Source: Candidatus Magasanikiibacteriota bacterium (GTDB lineage Bacteria > Patescibacteriota > Patescibacteriia > Magasanikbacterales > JACTTX01). From it: a stretch of DNA of 56,125 bases. A program made the translations under genes and the position numbers. Under the pieces are notes generated by a model. It had not been told where the DNA came from. It searched no databases and saw only the letters and a program-made list of their open reading frames with translations. The stretch spans positions 1-56,125 of the forward strand of contig JACTTX010000009.1 of the NCBI GenBank assembly GCA_015661005.1. Direction: 5' to 3'. Shown here piece after piece: positions 9,824 to 19,582 of this stretch (its first letter is position 1; each line of letters begins with the position of its first letter).

Positions 9824-11365
9824 TTAAATTACTGAATTGTTATGTACTAACTCAAGCGCACTCGCAAAACTAGGAAATAAACCTTTGGTGATCTCCCTTA
9901 CCAGTGATGGGTCGTGTTTTACATTTTCATTATCTTTACCAGCATTTCGTTTAATTACGCGATTTGTTTTTTCTGATAGTTCAATTCTTGCTAACAAATT
10001 TTTACTAACCGACATTTCATTTATAATCGGCAATGTTAGTAAGGTTTTTTCTGATATTGTCATTCCGCCATCATTAACTCGCCACCACCAATACATATAA
10101 CTACTGTTTAATAATAAATATGCGATATCCATTTCTTTTTCGCTATAAAAATATAGTGTCTTAAACGACGAGCGTTCAACCTCACATTTGAGAGCAGAAA
10201 TGAAATACCTTGGGGTCGAGGGAACAATTAACCTGTACAATGTTTGGCGGCGGGATACCAGATGAGCCAGCATTTTCTCTTGTTTTTTTGCAAAATCATA
10301 GAGAGGCAATAAGTCCTTTTGTAATTTCGGGAAAATATCTTCTCTTGGTTTAATTTCGGTTAAAAAGTTGTCTACGGAATCAAGAAGATTTTGTCTTTCT
10401 TTAACTCGCCATCTAAGCAGTGGTGTTATTCTAAAAATTTGTTTATTGCCATTTTGTTTTGCAACAATAATTCCCGCACGTGTACTATTCGCCGTATTTG
10501 TATTTTTTGAGCCAAATTTTATACCCCGAAAAATATTATCCGGAACATTATCAAAGCAATAAACATCGAGAGCGGTAAAATTATTCAATAATAGTTTTCT
10601 TAATGAATTAAACTTTTGTCCGTTTGTAAATGTCTGTGGCGTAATAGAAACAAAACCCGTAGAAGTTTTTATAACTCTTTCCAAAAAATAAGCATACAAA
10701 TCACGCGCCGAGCTAGTTTCAAATCGAACATCTGGCTCTACCATTACATATGGCGGATTAAGAATTGCGTAATCATATTTAGGCAAGTTATCAGAAAGCA
10801 AAAAATCAGCTACGACAAAGCGCGATTTTATATTTTCAAATAATCGTAAATCATTTTTTTGAAAATTAACTGCTAAAATAAATCGTGCAATAAATAGAGC
10901 TAATTTATCTCGGTCAATAAGGTATATGTTGCTCTTCAAAAAATCCTCTCGGTTTTCTTGATTTTTAATAAGCCAAAAAGACAAATTTCCAACACCAGAG
11001 CAAGGGTCCATCCAAATTTTATTTTTTGGAAAGGTAAGTGTTTTTTTAGCCATGACTTGTGCAACATCATCAGGCGTAAAATATTGTCCCTCTTCTTTTC
11101 GCTTATCGCGATCCATGTAGGCGAGTGAATACTCATAAAGTACAGAAATTTCTCCAACTGAAAGACCGTCTAGAAAATCAAAGTTTTGAATTTCAATATT
11201 TTTGAACTCCTTTTCATCAAGAATGTATCTCAAGTCGGCTCTATCAAATCTATGTAAATGCGTAGCCAAAACTGAATACCACGCTTTTTCTAATCCAAAG
11301 CGGTCAAGAACAAGATTAAATTCTTGTATTGGCAAACTATTTATTATTGACCTACTCTTGCTCAT
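9824..11365 (-). CDS. N6-adenine DNA methyltransferase (gamma-class motif order)
   Basis: GQYFTP, DPCSGVGN (motif I), NPPY (motif IV); start at MSKSRS because the longer ORF overlaps the tRNA. Confidence 0.9.
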   Translation of the reverse strand: MSKSRSIINSLPIQEFNLVLDRFGLEKAWYSVLATHLHRFDRADLRYILDEKEFKNIEIQNFDFLDGLSVGEISVLYEYSLAYMDRDKRKEEGQYFTPDDVAQVMAKKTLTFPKNKIWMDPCSGVGNLSFWLIKNQENREDFLKSNIYLIDRDKLALFIARFILAVNFQKNDLRLFENIKSRFVVADFLLSDNLPKYDYAILNPPYVMVEPDVRFETSSARDLYAYFLERVIKTSTGFVSITPQTFTNGQKFNSLRKLLLNNFTALDVYCFDNVPDNIFRGIKFGSKNTNTANSTRAGIIVAKQNGNKQIFRITPLLRWRVKERQNLLDSVDNFLTEIKPREDIFPKLQKDLLPLYDFAKKQEKMLAHLVSRRQTLYRLIVPSTPRYFISALKCEVERSSFKTLYFYSEKEMDIAYLLLNSSYMYWWWRVNDGGMTISEKTLLTLPIINEMSVSKNLLARIELSEKTNRVIKRNAGKDNENVKHDPSLVREITKGLFPSFASALELVHNNSVI

Positions 11366-11485
11366 AGTTTTATTTGAAGCTCGAACCGTACTTTTTGAGC
11401 CACGCGGAGCGTGGCGAACCCTTTCAGATTCAGGATTTTTTGAGAGGAATACCCCATTTCGGCTTCCGATTCCGATTTTCAATTT

Positions 11486-11573
11486 TGGCGGAGAGGGAGG
11501 GATTCGAACCCTCGGAACCTTTCGGTTCACACGCTTTCCAAGCGTGCGCACTAGACCGCTATGCGACCTCTCC
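11486..11573 (-). tRNA. tRNA-Ser(GGA), long variable arm, encoded CCA
   Basis: GGAGAGG acceptor stem, anticodon loop TTGGAAA, GGTTCGAATCC, ends GCCA. Confidence 0.97.
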
Positions 11574-11589
11574 AGCTGTCACTTCTACT

Positions 11590-12353
11590 CTATTTTATCG
11601 CGCGATTCTGGCGCCGCCAAAATCGTGTCAGTAAAATACCGCCAACAATCATCAATATCCCCGCATACTGGCCGGGCGTCAGTCCAAAGTAGCGGGCATC
11701 AGCGCCCATAATATCCCGAGCGCGGAAAAAATCCAAGAGCAGGCGCATCGCGCCGTAATAAATCAAAAAAATCACCGCGAACCAATAATCCAATAGACGC
11801 GCGCCCATCAAACGTCGCAGGAGCAAAAAAACTCCGCCCAGCGCAAAAAGCAGAACCGCTTCAATGAGTCCCATATCCAGACGCGGCCCATCACACTGTT
11901 ATGAATGCCCGGATGCATTTTCGTCAAAAAGCAACCGATCCGACCAAACCCCCAGGCAAAAGGCAAAGCAAAAAAAATTGCGTAGAGATAGGGCGCAAAG
12001 GTGGCCAAGCGCATTCGCCGGAGGCGTAAAAATAATAAAAGCGCCAACACCCCGCCGATCATCCCGCCAAAAGAAGACAAACCGCCGTGCCAAACTTTAA
12101 AAATTTCCAGCGGCGACGCCAGAAAATACTCGGGCTCATAGGCAAAAACGTGGAGCAAACGGGCGCCGGTTAAGCCGCCCACCACCATCCAAAAAGCGGC
12201 GTCAATAATCAAATCAGCGGAAAGACCGCGGCGTCGGACAAAACGCGCCGCCAAAACCACGCCGAGCAAAATTGCCAGAGCAACAAACACGCCCCAGACA
12301 TAAATTGTGATGGGGCCGAGATGGATGACTCGCAATTCAAACCAGGGAATCAT
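11590..12353 (-). pseudogene. lgt: prolipoprotein diacylglyceryl transferase, frame broken near 11895 (pseudogene or assembly error)
   Basis: GARLLHV, WHGGLSSFGG and GRIGCF in one frame; DGPRLDMGLIE..RLLLDFFR..LTPGQ in another. Confidence 0.8.
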
Positions 12354-12364
12354 AAATTATTTAG

Positions 12365-12414
12365 AATATCTTGTTGCTTAGAACAAGAACGATATTTGTC
12401 GGTTACTATTCAAC
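12365..12414. repeat. family-A element (truncated left arm)
   Basis: GTTGCTTAGAACAAGAACGA identical to the 6521-6540 copy; right arm GGTTACTATTCAAC. Confidence 0.88.
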
Positions 12415-12435
12415 TTATACGCCATTTGCCATTCA

Positions 12436-13782
12436 CTAAAAATAACTACGTCTCTTGGCGGCGAGCATTTCCTTAACCGCCGCCTCCGGCGTATCAATAA
12501 TTTTGAAGAGCGACATGTCCTCCGGCGCCACCGCCGCTTCCCGTTCAAAAACATTTTTTTGAATGAAATCAAAAAGCGGTTGCCAAAACTCGCGGCCGTA
12601 AAGCAAAACCGGAATCCGTTCCATTTTTTTGGTTTGCATCAAAGTCAACACCTCAAAGCATTCAGTGAGCGTCCCATAACCGCCGGGAAATAAAATGAAA
12701 CCTAGGGACGGCGAGGAGAGCATATACTTGCGCACAAACGTATAATGGAAACTGATGGAACGCCGGACAAACGGATTGATCCGTTCTTTGTGATCCACAC
12801 TGATGTCCAAGCCCAGCGATTCGGCGCCGGCGTGTGTAGCGCCTTTGTTGGCCGCTTCCATAATTCCCGGGCCGCCGCCGGTGATGATTGTTTTGCCGCG
12901 TCGACCAAGCTCTTTGCAAATGCGGTAGGCGTCGCTGTAAAATCGCGATTGCAATTTGATGTGCGCCGTGCCGATCACCGTGACGGGATTTTTTACGTTC
13001 TGCAAAAATTGATAACCTTCCACCAACTCCGCCATAATCCGGAAGACGCGCCAATTGACTTCATCGCCGTCGCAAAAGGCCTCCGGAGAAATTTCACAAC
13101 GCGGCCGTTCTTTGGTGCGGTGGACAATTTCATAGACCTCTTCAGCGGTGTCAACAATATGAAAGAGCGTCAGGTCTTCCTCGCGCAGAGCATGAATTTT
13201 TTGGTAAGCGTTGTGGCGAAGAAATTCCAAAAGCGGTTGCCAAAATTTTCGGTCAACCATAATGAGCGGCACGCGCATCATACGTTCGGAACGGATGAGA
13301 TCAAGCACTTCAAAAAATTCGTCCAAGGTTCCAAAACCGCCGGGGAAAAAAACAAACGCCTGCGACGGCGCGGTCAGAATCACCTTGCGCGTAAAAAAAT
13401 AATAAAAACCGACGGCCTTCTTGACGTACGGATTGATGCGCTGTTCGCGCGGCAATTGGATATTGATGCCAATTGATTCTCCCCCGCCTTCATAGGCGCC
13501 CTTGTTGGCCGCTTCCATAATTCCCGGGCCGCCGCCGGTCACGGTGGAAAATTTTCCTTTGGCCAACAAGCGTCCCAATTTTTGCGCTTCCTGATAATAC
13601 CACGATGTCGGCAAGGTGCGCGCCGAACCAAAAACCGTCACGGCGCGCGCAATGGATGCGAGAAAAGTGTACCCTTCAACCAGCTCCGCCATCACCCGAA
13701 AAATGCGCCACGTTCGTCCTTCGCCGAATTCGCGATAGATCGGCGTTGGAGAATTTGATTTTGAAGGCGCCGGTGGAGTCAT
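12436..13782 (-). CDS. tandem two-domain LOG family (TIGR00730-type) protein
   Basis: Two copies each of WRxFRxMAELVEGY, TGGGPGIMEAANKGA and PGGxGTxxE. Confidence 0.92.
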   Translation of the reverse strand: MTPPAPSKSNSPTPIYREFGEGRTWRIFRVMAELVEGYTFLASIARAVTVFGSARTLPTSWYYQEAQKLGRLLAKGKFSTVTGGGPGIMEAANKGAYEGGGESIGINIQLPREQRINPYVKKAVGFYYFFTRKVILTAPSQAFVFFPGGFGTLDEFFEVLDLIRSERMMRVPLIMVDRKFWQPLLEFLRHNAYQKIHALREEDLTLFHIVDTAEEVYEIVHRTKERPRCEISPEAFCDGDEVNWRVFRIMAELVEGYQFLQNVKNPVTVIGTAHIKLQSRFYSDAYRICKELGRRGKTIITGGGPGIMEAANKGATHAGAESLGLDISVDHKERINPFVRRSISFHYTFVRKYMLSSPSLGFILFPGGYGTLTECFEVLTLMQTKKMERIPVLLYGREFWQPLFDFIQKNVFEREAAVAPEDMSLFKIIDTPEAAVKEMLAAKRRSYF

Positions 13783-13795
13783 GCCATTAATTTTA

Positions 13796-15232
13796 TCACA
13801 TTTCTCTTTCCATCGCACGGCCGATCCTCAAAATAATATCTTCTTTAAATCTCGGGCCGATAATTTGCGCGCCAACCGGAAGCGTTCCGACTTTTCCGCA
13901 AGGCACGCTCAAAGCCGGCACACCGGCCAAATTTGCCGGTACCGTCAAAACGTCTGCCAAATACATGGCCAAAGGATTATCAACTAATTCTCCAATTCCA
14001 AAAGGCAATCCCGGATAAGTTGGTGTGATGAGCGCATCAACTTTTTCAAAAACATTTTCAAAGTCCTGTTTGATCAGCGTCCGAACTTTTTGCGCTTTCA
14101 AATAATAAGCGTCATAGTAACCGTGAGACAGCGCGTAGGCGCCGATCATAATGCGGCGTTTTACTTCCGCCGGCAAACCGGACGCGCGGCTTTGCGTGTA
14201 CACCCGCAAAAGATCGTTGCTGTCGCCGTTGGTGACGCGCGCGCCGAAGCGAAGGCCGTCGTATCGCGCCATGTTGGAGCTGTCTTCGCAAGGCACAACA
14301 ATGTAATAGGTGGCAATGGCGTACTTGGTGTGCCGCAGTGACACTTCTTCAACCGTTGCCCCGGCCTGCTCGCAGGCGGCAACGGCTTTCATCACGCAGG
14401 ATTTCACTTCTTCGTTCAAACCTTCAGCGAAATATTCTCTCGGCAAACCAATTCGCAAGCCGTCAATGCCTTTTTTAAGCTCATCGCGATAATTCGGAAC
14501 CGCTTCCGGCAAAGTGGTGGCGTCATACTGATCAACACCGGCAATCACTTCCATCACCGCGGCCGCGTCTTCAACGGTTTTAGTGAGCGGCCCGACCGTG
14601 TCCAATGATGAGGCCATTGGCATACAACCATAACGCGATGTCCGGCCATAACTCACTTTAAGTCCAACAACGCCGCAAAAAGCCGCCGGTTCCCGGATGG
14701 ATCCGCCGGTGTCCTCGCCGATGGCATAGGCGCAAAGATCAGCGGCCACGGCCGCGGCGCTGCCGCCGCTTGAGCCGCCGGAAACTTTGGCGGGGTCATG
14801 AGGATTTTTGACCGGCCCGTAATCCGAATTTTCATTGGAAGCGCCGTGACCAAAGGCGTCGCAATTATTTTTCCCAATTACAATACCGCCATTGTCGCGA
14901 ATTTTTCCAATAACCGTGGCATCATAAGGCGGAATGAAGTTATCTAAAATTTTGGCAGCCGCCGTTGTTCTGATTCCATGCGTGCACAAAGTATCCTTGA
15001 CGGCAAACGGCACGCCCTCCAGCGGCTGTAACTTTTCTCCAACCGCGATTTTACGATCAACGGCCAACGCTTCTTCCGCCGCGCTTTTTTCAGCAACTGT
15101 TATGAAAGCGTTCAAATCTTGATTGCGTTCGTTAATGCGGGCCAGGTAGGCGGCAACCAGTTCGGCGCAAGAAAAATCTTTTTGCCGAAGGCCTTTTTCC
15201 ACAGCAGAGATTGTAAGATTTTGTAGATTCAT
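13796..15232 (-). CDS. gatA: Asp/Glu-tRNA amidotransferase subunit A
   Basis: GGSSGGSAAAVAA amidase signature, DTGGSIREPA, EVKRRIMIG; start at MNLQNL. Confidence 0.95.
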   Translation of the reverse strand: MNLQNLTISAVEKGLRQKDFSCAELVAAYLARINERNQDLNAFITVAEKSAAEEALAVDRKIAVGEKLQPLEGVPFAVKDTLCTHGIRTTAAAKILDNFIPPYDATVIGKIRDNGGIVIGKNNCDAFGHGASNENSDYGPVKNPHDPAKVSGGSSGGSAAAVAADLCAYAIGEDTGGSIREPAAFCGVVGLKVSYGRTSRYGCMPMASSLDTVGPLTKTVEDAAAVMEVIAGVDQYDATTLPEAVPNYRDELKKGIDGLRIGLPREYFAEGLNEEVKSCVMKAVAACEQAGATVEEVSLRHTKYAIATYYIVVPCEDSSNMARYDGLRFGARVTNGDSNDLLRVYTQSRASGLPAEVKRRIMIGAYALSHGYYDAYYLKAQKVRTLIKQDFENVFEKVDALITPTYPGLPFGIGELVDNPLAMYLADVLTVPANLAGVPALSVPCGKVGTLPVGAQIIGPRFKEDIILRIGRAMEREM

Positions 15233-15241
15233 AAATACCGC

Positions 15242-15310
15242 GCGATTCGGGGTGTCTCGTCCCGCGACCTCGGACGAAACGGTCGCGGATCCGCGACACC
15301 CCTGCACCCA
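15242..15310. repeat. family-C hairpin element (CGAAACGG loop), between gatC and gatA
   Basis: GGGGTGTC..CCGCGACC..CGAAACGGTCGCGG..GACACCCCTGCACCC. Confidence 0.85.
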
Positions 15311-15323
15311 TCACTATAACCAT

Positions 15324-15674
15324 CTAAGTAAAATCTTTTTCGTCATCATCATCTTCCGCCATTGACGCCGCCTTATTGTGAATCAGAGCGGCCGGAACTT
15401 TAAGCGCCGCGCCTTCGGCATCCGGAAAAAGCGCAACAATTTCCTCGCGGCTGTCTTTCGGACAATCGTGGACAACATCTTCACGGTAAACATCCTGCAG
15501 ACCCGTCACTTGCGCCGTGGGTTCTACGCCGTCCGTGTTCACTTCATTCAAAATCTCCATATATTCCAAAACGGCGGAGAGCTGATGGGCGTAAAGATCC
15601 TTTTCCGCATCAGTCAGTTCAAGGCGGGACAGATGCGCCAGATGTTCAATGTCGGCTTTCGTCAGATTGGCCAT
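15324..15674 (-). CDS. gatC: Asp/Glu-tRNA amidotransferase subunit C
   Basis: IEHLAHLSRL, VNTDGVEPT, REDVV; acidic tail. Confidence 0.93.
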   Translation of the reverse strand: MANLTKADIEHLAHLSRLELTDAEKDLYAHQLSAVLEYMEILNEVNTDGVEPTAQVTGLQDVYREDVVHDCPKDSREEIVALFPDAEGAALKVPAALIHNKAASMAEDDDDEKDFT

Positions 15675-15681
15675 AATTTTC

Positions 15682-17769
15682 TCAAAGCATTTTTTGAATG
15701 TCGCTTTCCGTCACGATTTTCACCCCGAGCTTCTGCGCCTTATCATACTTTGATCCCGGGTCTTTGCCAACCACCACTAAGTCCGTCTTGGCCGAGACCG
15801 TTTCACCAATATCCGCTCCGGCCGCCCGCAGAGCCGCTTTTATTTTTTCACGGGAAAATTTTTCCAAAGCGCCGGTGACCACAACTTTTTTACCGGCCAG
15901 TGGTCCTCTTGCCAACGCCGCCGCATCGGCAACAACAACAATCTTCACCCCGTTTTTTTGCAGAGTATTAACCAAATCCCGATTTTTGGCGTTATAAAAA
16001 AATTCATAAACGCTTTTGGCCACCACTTCACCAATCCCGAAAATATTTTGAAGCGCCGCCTCATCCGCCGCCATCAACGCTTCAATTTTATGAAAGGCCC
16101 GCGACAAATCCAAGGCCGTCTCTTCGCCAACGTTCGGAATGCCGAGGGAATTTATAAATCGCGATAAATTAATGGTGCGGCGGGCGGCAATGGCATCCAC
16201 CAAATTAACCGCGGACTTTTCCGCAAAACGCGTGAGCGGTTCCAAGTCCCCAACTTTCAAAGTAAAAATATCGGCCGGAGTTTTTACCAATCCCGTTTGC
16301 ATTAACTGTTCCACAATTTTTTCCCCAAAGCCGTCAATATCAAAACCGCTTTTGCCGACAAAATGCCTAACTTTCCGCGATTGCACGGCAAAGCAGTGGG
16401 GATTGGCGCAAACAATCGCCACCTCGCCGTTGCGTCGCAAAACGGGCGAGCCGCAAATTGGACAAAGACGCGGAGGATGAATTGCTTTTTCATTTCCCGT
16501 GCGAAGTTTAGTTAGAACTTGCACCACTTTGGGAATAATGTCGCCGGCTTTTTCCAAAATCACCGTATCCCCGATCTTCAAACCCAAGCCGTAGGGTCGT
16601 CTTGTAATCGAGCGTGAGAATCTGGCGGCCACGCTGACGGTAACGGTGGTGCCGCCAACCGGCGTTGGCTTTAAATTGGCGACCGGCGTTAAGACGCCGG
16701 TGCGTCCAACCGACCAATCCACTCCCAGCACAATCGTCGTGGCCTGTTCCGCCGGAAATTTGTACGCGATATGTCCGCGCGGCGTTTTGCCGACAACGCC
16801 GAGCCGCGTAAAAGTCCGATCATCATTGACCGTGGCCACGACACCGTCAAACCAATAATCTTGTTTGTCGCGCTTCAATAAAAGCGCGACGTGATATTTT
16901 TCCACGTCTTCAAGCGTTCGGCAAAAAAGATTCTGCGGATTGGTCTTGACGCCCAGAAGTTTCATCAATTCATGCCCTTGTTCGTGTGTCGTCAATCCTA
17001 AATCCGTGACCAAAGCGTAACCAAAAAAATCCAAATGACGGCTGGCCGTAATTTTGGAATCCAGCTGGCGAATGGCGCCGGCCGCGGCGTTTCTGGGGTT
17101 GGCAAAGGGCGGCTCGCCTTTCTTTCTTTGGCCGACGTTTAATTTCTTCAACGTCTTCTTGGTCATATAGGCCTCGCCGCGAATTTCCATCGTGCCAGTA
17201 TGCAGAGCCGCCACAATTTTTTTGACGCACATTTCCGGCGCGCCGAATTTTTTTACAAACGTCCGCAATTCAACCAAAGACGGCTCCCGCAATCGCAAAG
17301 GAATGGCCTCAATCGTTTTCAAATTTTCCGTGACGTCTTCCCCTTCTTTCCCGTCGCCGCGCGTTGATCCGCGCGCCAAAAGTCCCCTTTCATATTCCAG
17401 AGAAACGGCCAGTCCGTCCATTTTAATCTCGCCGTAAAAATCATAACGGCCGGACGGTTCAATTTTTTTAAGCCGCGCCAGCCAATCGCGCAATTCTTCA
17501 AAAGAAAAAACATCCTCCATTGAGAGCATGGGGATATTATGAAGCGCTTTTTTGAACTCCGGCAGAGCCGCGCCGCCAACCCGTTGAGTTGGCGAGTCCG
17601 GCGTTACCAAATCAGGAAATTCCCGCTCCAACTTAAAAAGTTCGTGCTTCAAAGAATCAAGCGCGGCATCGGAAATCAGAGAACGGTCATGAACGTGATA
17701 TTCGTAACGATAACGTTCAATTTCCTGTTTGAGTTTGGCGAGGCGAGCCGCGGCGGCGGAGGAAGTCAT
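15682..17769 (-). CDS. ligA: NAD-dependent DNA ligase (ATLHN segment replaced)
   Basis: KMDG, RGDG..GEDVT, EIRGE, NPRNAAAG, AYKFPAE, Zn finger, BRCT. Confidence 0.95.
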   Translation of the reverse strand: MTSSAAAARLAKLKQEIERYRYEYHVHDRSLISDAALDSLKHELFKLEREFPDLVTPDSPTQRVGGAALPEFKKALHNIPMLSMEDVFSFEELRDWLARLKKIEPSGRYDFYGEIKMDGLAVSLEYERGLLARGSTRGDGKEGEDVTENLKTIEAIPLRLREPSLVELRTFVKKFGAPEMCVKKIVAALHTGTMEIRGEAYMTKKTLKKLNVGQRKKGEPPFANPRNAAAGAIRQLDSKITASRHLDFFGYALVTDLGLTTHEQGHELMKLLGVKTNPQNLFCRTLEDVEKYHVALLLKRDKQDYWFDGVVATVNDDRTFTRLGVVGKTPRGHIAYKFPAEQATTIVLGVDWSVGRTGVLTPVANLKPTPVGGTTVTVSVAARFSRSITRRPYGLGLKIGDTVILEKAGDIIPKVVQVLTKLRTGNEKAIHPPRLCPICGSPVLRRNGEVAIVCANPHCFAVQSRKVRHFVGKSGFDIDGFGEKIVEQLMQTGLVKTPADIFTLKVGDLEPLTRFAEKSAVNLVDAIAARRTINLSRFINSLGIPNVGEETALDLSRAFHKIEALMAADEAALQNIFGIGEVVAKSVYEFFYNAKNRDLVNTLQKNGVKIVVVADAAALARGPLAGKKVVVTGALEKFSREKIKAALRAAGADIGETVSAKTDLVVVGKDPGSKYDKAQKLGVKIVTESDIQKML

Positions 17770-18530
17770 AACATCCTCCCGATATATTTCAAAAGCGGTT
17801 CAGCAAAAAAAATCGCGATCAAAGCGCCAGCAATCAGATATGTGCCAAACGGCACCGTTTCCCCAAAGGTCTTACGGCGCAGACCCAGCAAAATCAAAAC
17901 ACCAACGAGCCCGAGCACATAAGCCAAAATAAAAGACGGCGCCACCAAGGGCCAGCCCACCACCAAACCAATCAAAAATCCCAAACGAATATCGCCCCCG
18001 CCAACCCAGCGGCCGCGGGAAATCAAATATTGCGCCAAAAAAAATCCGCCGCCAACAACGCCGCCAATCAAACTGCTCTGCCATCCCCAATGCATCATTT
18101 GCATCCAGACAAACGCGATTAAAATGGCGGGCAGAGTGATTTGATCCGGCAATTCGCCGTAACGGGCGTCATAGACAAACAAGAAAATAAAAATCGCAAA
18201 AATAAACCACCAAAAAAATAATTGCGCCAAGGATACGCCAAGCGGCAAACCCAACGGCACCAAGGTGAGCGCCAGCACAAAAAGCAGAGCCGTCACCAAT
18301 TCCACCACCGGATATTGCCAGTGAATTTCCGCGTCACAGGTGCGGCAATGCCCTCGTAAAAGCAAAAAACTCGCGACTGGCAGCAAATCATGCCAAGCCA
18401 ATTCCATGCGACAGGTGAAACATTGCGAACGACCGCGCCAAATGGGCAAGCCGTAATGCAAACGAAAAATAGCGGCGTTCAAAAAACTCCCAATCGCGAG
18501 GCCAAACAAGAGAGAAATAAGAACGGGCAT
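17766..18530 (-). CDS. pilD: type IV prepilin peptidase (A24)
   Basis: GSFLN, two CxxC motifs, YD..LPD, GGGDI, VPFG. Confidence 0.92.
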   Translation of the reverse strand: MPVLISLLFGLAIGSFLNAAIFRLHYGLPIWRGRSQCFTCRMELAWHDLLPVASFLLLRGHCRTCDAEIHWQYPVVELVTALLFVLALTLVPLGLPLGVSLAQLFFWWFIFAIFIFLFVYDARYGELPDQITLPAILIAFVWMQMMHWGWQSSLIGGVVGGGFFLAQYLISRGRWVGGGDIRLGFLIGLVVGWPLVAPSFILAYVLGLVGVLILLGLRRKTFGETVPFGTYLIAGALIAIFFAEPLLKYIGRML

Positions 18531-18531
18531 A

Positions 18532-18691
18532 AGTTGGAGACCGGTAAATATTGAAGAGTGACCAGAATAGTAACCTGTGAATGTCGTGTTCGATCAGAGA
18601 GTGAACTCTGGTTGGCGAATGAAAGGGCACAAATATCGTGTTCTCCAAACAAGAACGATATTTGTGCCCTTTCATTCTCCGGTCTCCAGCT
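18532..18691. repeat. nested family-A palindromic element
   Basis: Outer arms AGTTGGAGACCGG/CCGGTCTCCAGCT; inner perfect 23-nt arms 18617-18639/18655-18677; orphan arm 18565-18590. Confidence 0.92.
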
Positions 18692-18695
18692 TCTT

Positions 18696-19532
18696 CTACT
18701 GTATGCCACTGGGGCTGGCCGTCACCACCCCGCTCAAATTACCAACCGTTCCTTCAAGGCCGCCCTTTACCGTATAGGTTGAAAAGGGTTTTTCCGAGGT
18801 GTAACGGTAACTCGTGCCGCCGGGAATTGGATTGGACGGCACGGCATCCAAATACACGCGTCCATTACACTCATTGGCGCCAGCCGCAAAGCCGTCACCG
18901 CCGGAGCCGTCATCGCATAACACCAGGTAATTACCTACTCCCAAAATGGCTTCCTTGCCCTGTGGATAAGCGTTTTTATCGGAAAAATAAAGTTCCAACG
19001 CCGTTTGCACCACGCGCAAATCAGACACGCGTTTGGAATCGCGCGATTTTTCCCGCGCCGAACCCAAAGCAACGACGGCCAACGTGGAAAGCAAACCAAT
19101 TATGGCAATCACCACCAAGAGCTCAATCAAAGTAAATCCTTTCCGATGCTTTGCCAACACTTTCTTAATTCTCACACATGTCTCTGACGGCTTAAAGTGC
19201 GCCTTGATTAAATAATCTTCGGCGCCTAATTGGAAGCCGCGCTCAATTTCATCTTTTTGTCCGAGATTGGTAAGCATAATAACAGGAATGTTTTTAGTCG
19301 CTGAATCTTTCTTGAGCTCTTCCAAGATACTAAACCCGTCCACTTTAGGCAGCAAAACATCAAGCATAATTAGGGCGGGTACCTTGCTCCTGGCCTTACG
19401 TAGTCCGTCGGTACCGTTTCGCGCTATCTGAACGTTATACCCCTCAAGTTTTAATTTTGTTTCGTAAATGCTGACTAGAAATGGATCGTCGTCAATAATG
19501 AGTATTGTTTCTGAAATTTGTTTCTTATTCAT
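18696..19532 (-). CDS. receiver (REC) domain fused to a type IV pilin
   Basis: ILIIDDD..IMLDV..VIMLTN..YLIK followed in frame by KHRKG|[24 protein letters not shown] and [14 protein letters not shown]. Confidence 0.9.
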   Translation of the reverse strand: MNKKQISETILIIDDDPFLVSIYETKLKLEGYNVQIARNGTDGLRKARSKVPALIMLDVLLPKVDGFSILEELKKDSATKNIPVIMLTNLGQKDEIERGFQLGAEDYLIKAHFKPSETCVRIKKVLAKHRKGFTLIELLVVIAIIGLLSTLAVVALGSAREKSRDSKRVSDLRVVQTALELYFSDKNAYPQGKEAILGVGNYLVLCDDGSGGDGFAAGANECNGRVYLDAVPSNPIPGGTSYRYTSEKPFSTYTVKGGLEGTVGNLSGVVTASPSGIQ

Positions 19533-19582
19533 AACTAAAGAACTACGGTTGCCAGATTCTATCATTGAAGCGCTAGACAGCA

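Noticed and set aside
11366-11551. N-terminal extension of the MTase ORF; likewise 27047-27361 of the HAD ORF
   Set aside because: These extensions run through tRNA genes; downstream ATGs fit the domain starts.
16595-16612. GATTACAAG resembling a FLAG-tag start in the ligA patch
   Set aside because: Only DYK matches, out of frame, and the rest of the tag is absent.
18388-18782. Small ORFs across repeat-filled gaps (also 31419, 33418, 33446, 42712, 42782)
   Set aside because: They are translations of palindromic elements and overlap real genes.
18961-18969. DnaA box inside the pilin gene, or oriC in this window
   Set aside because: The boxes are isolated, with no cluster or unwinding element and no dnaA/dnaN nearby.
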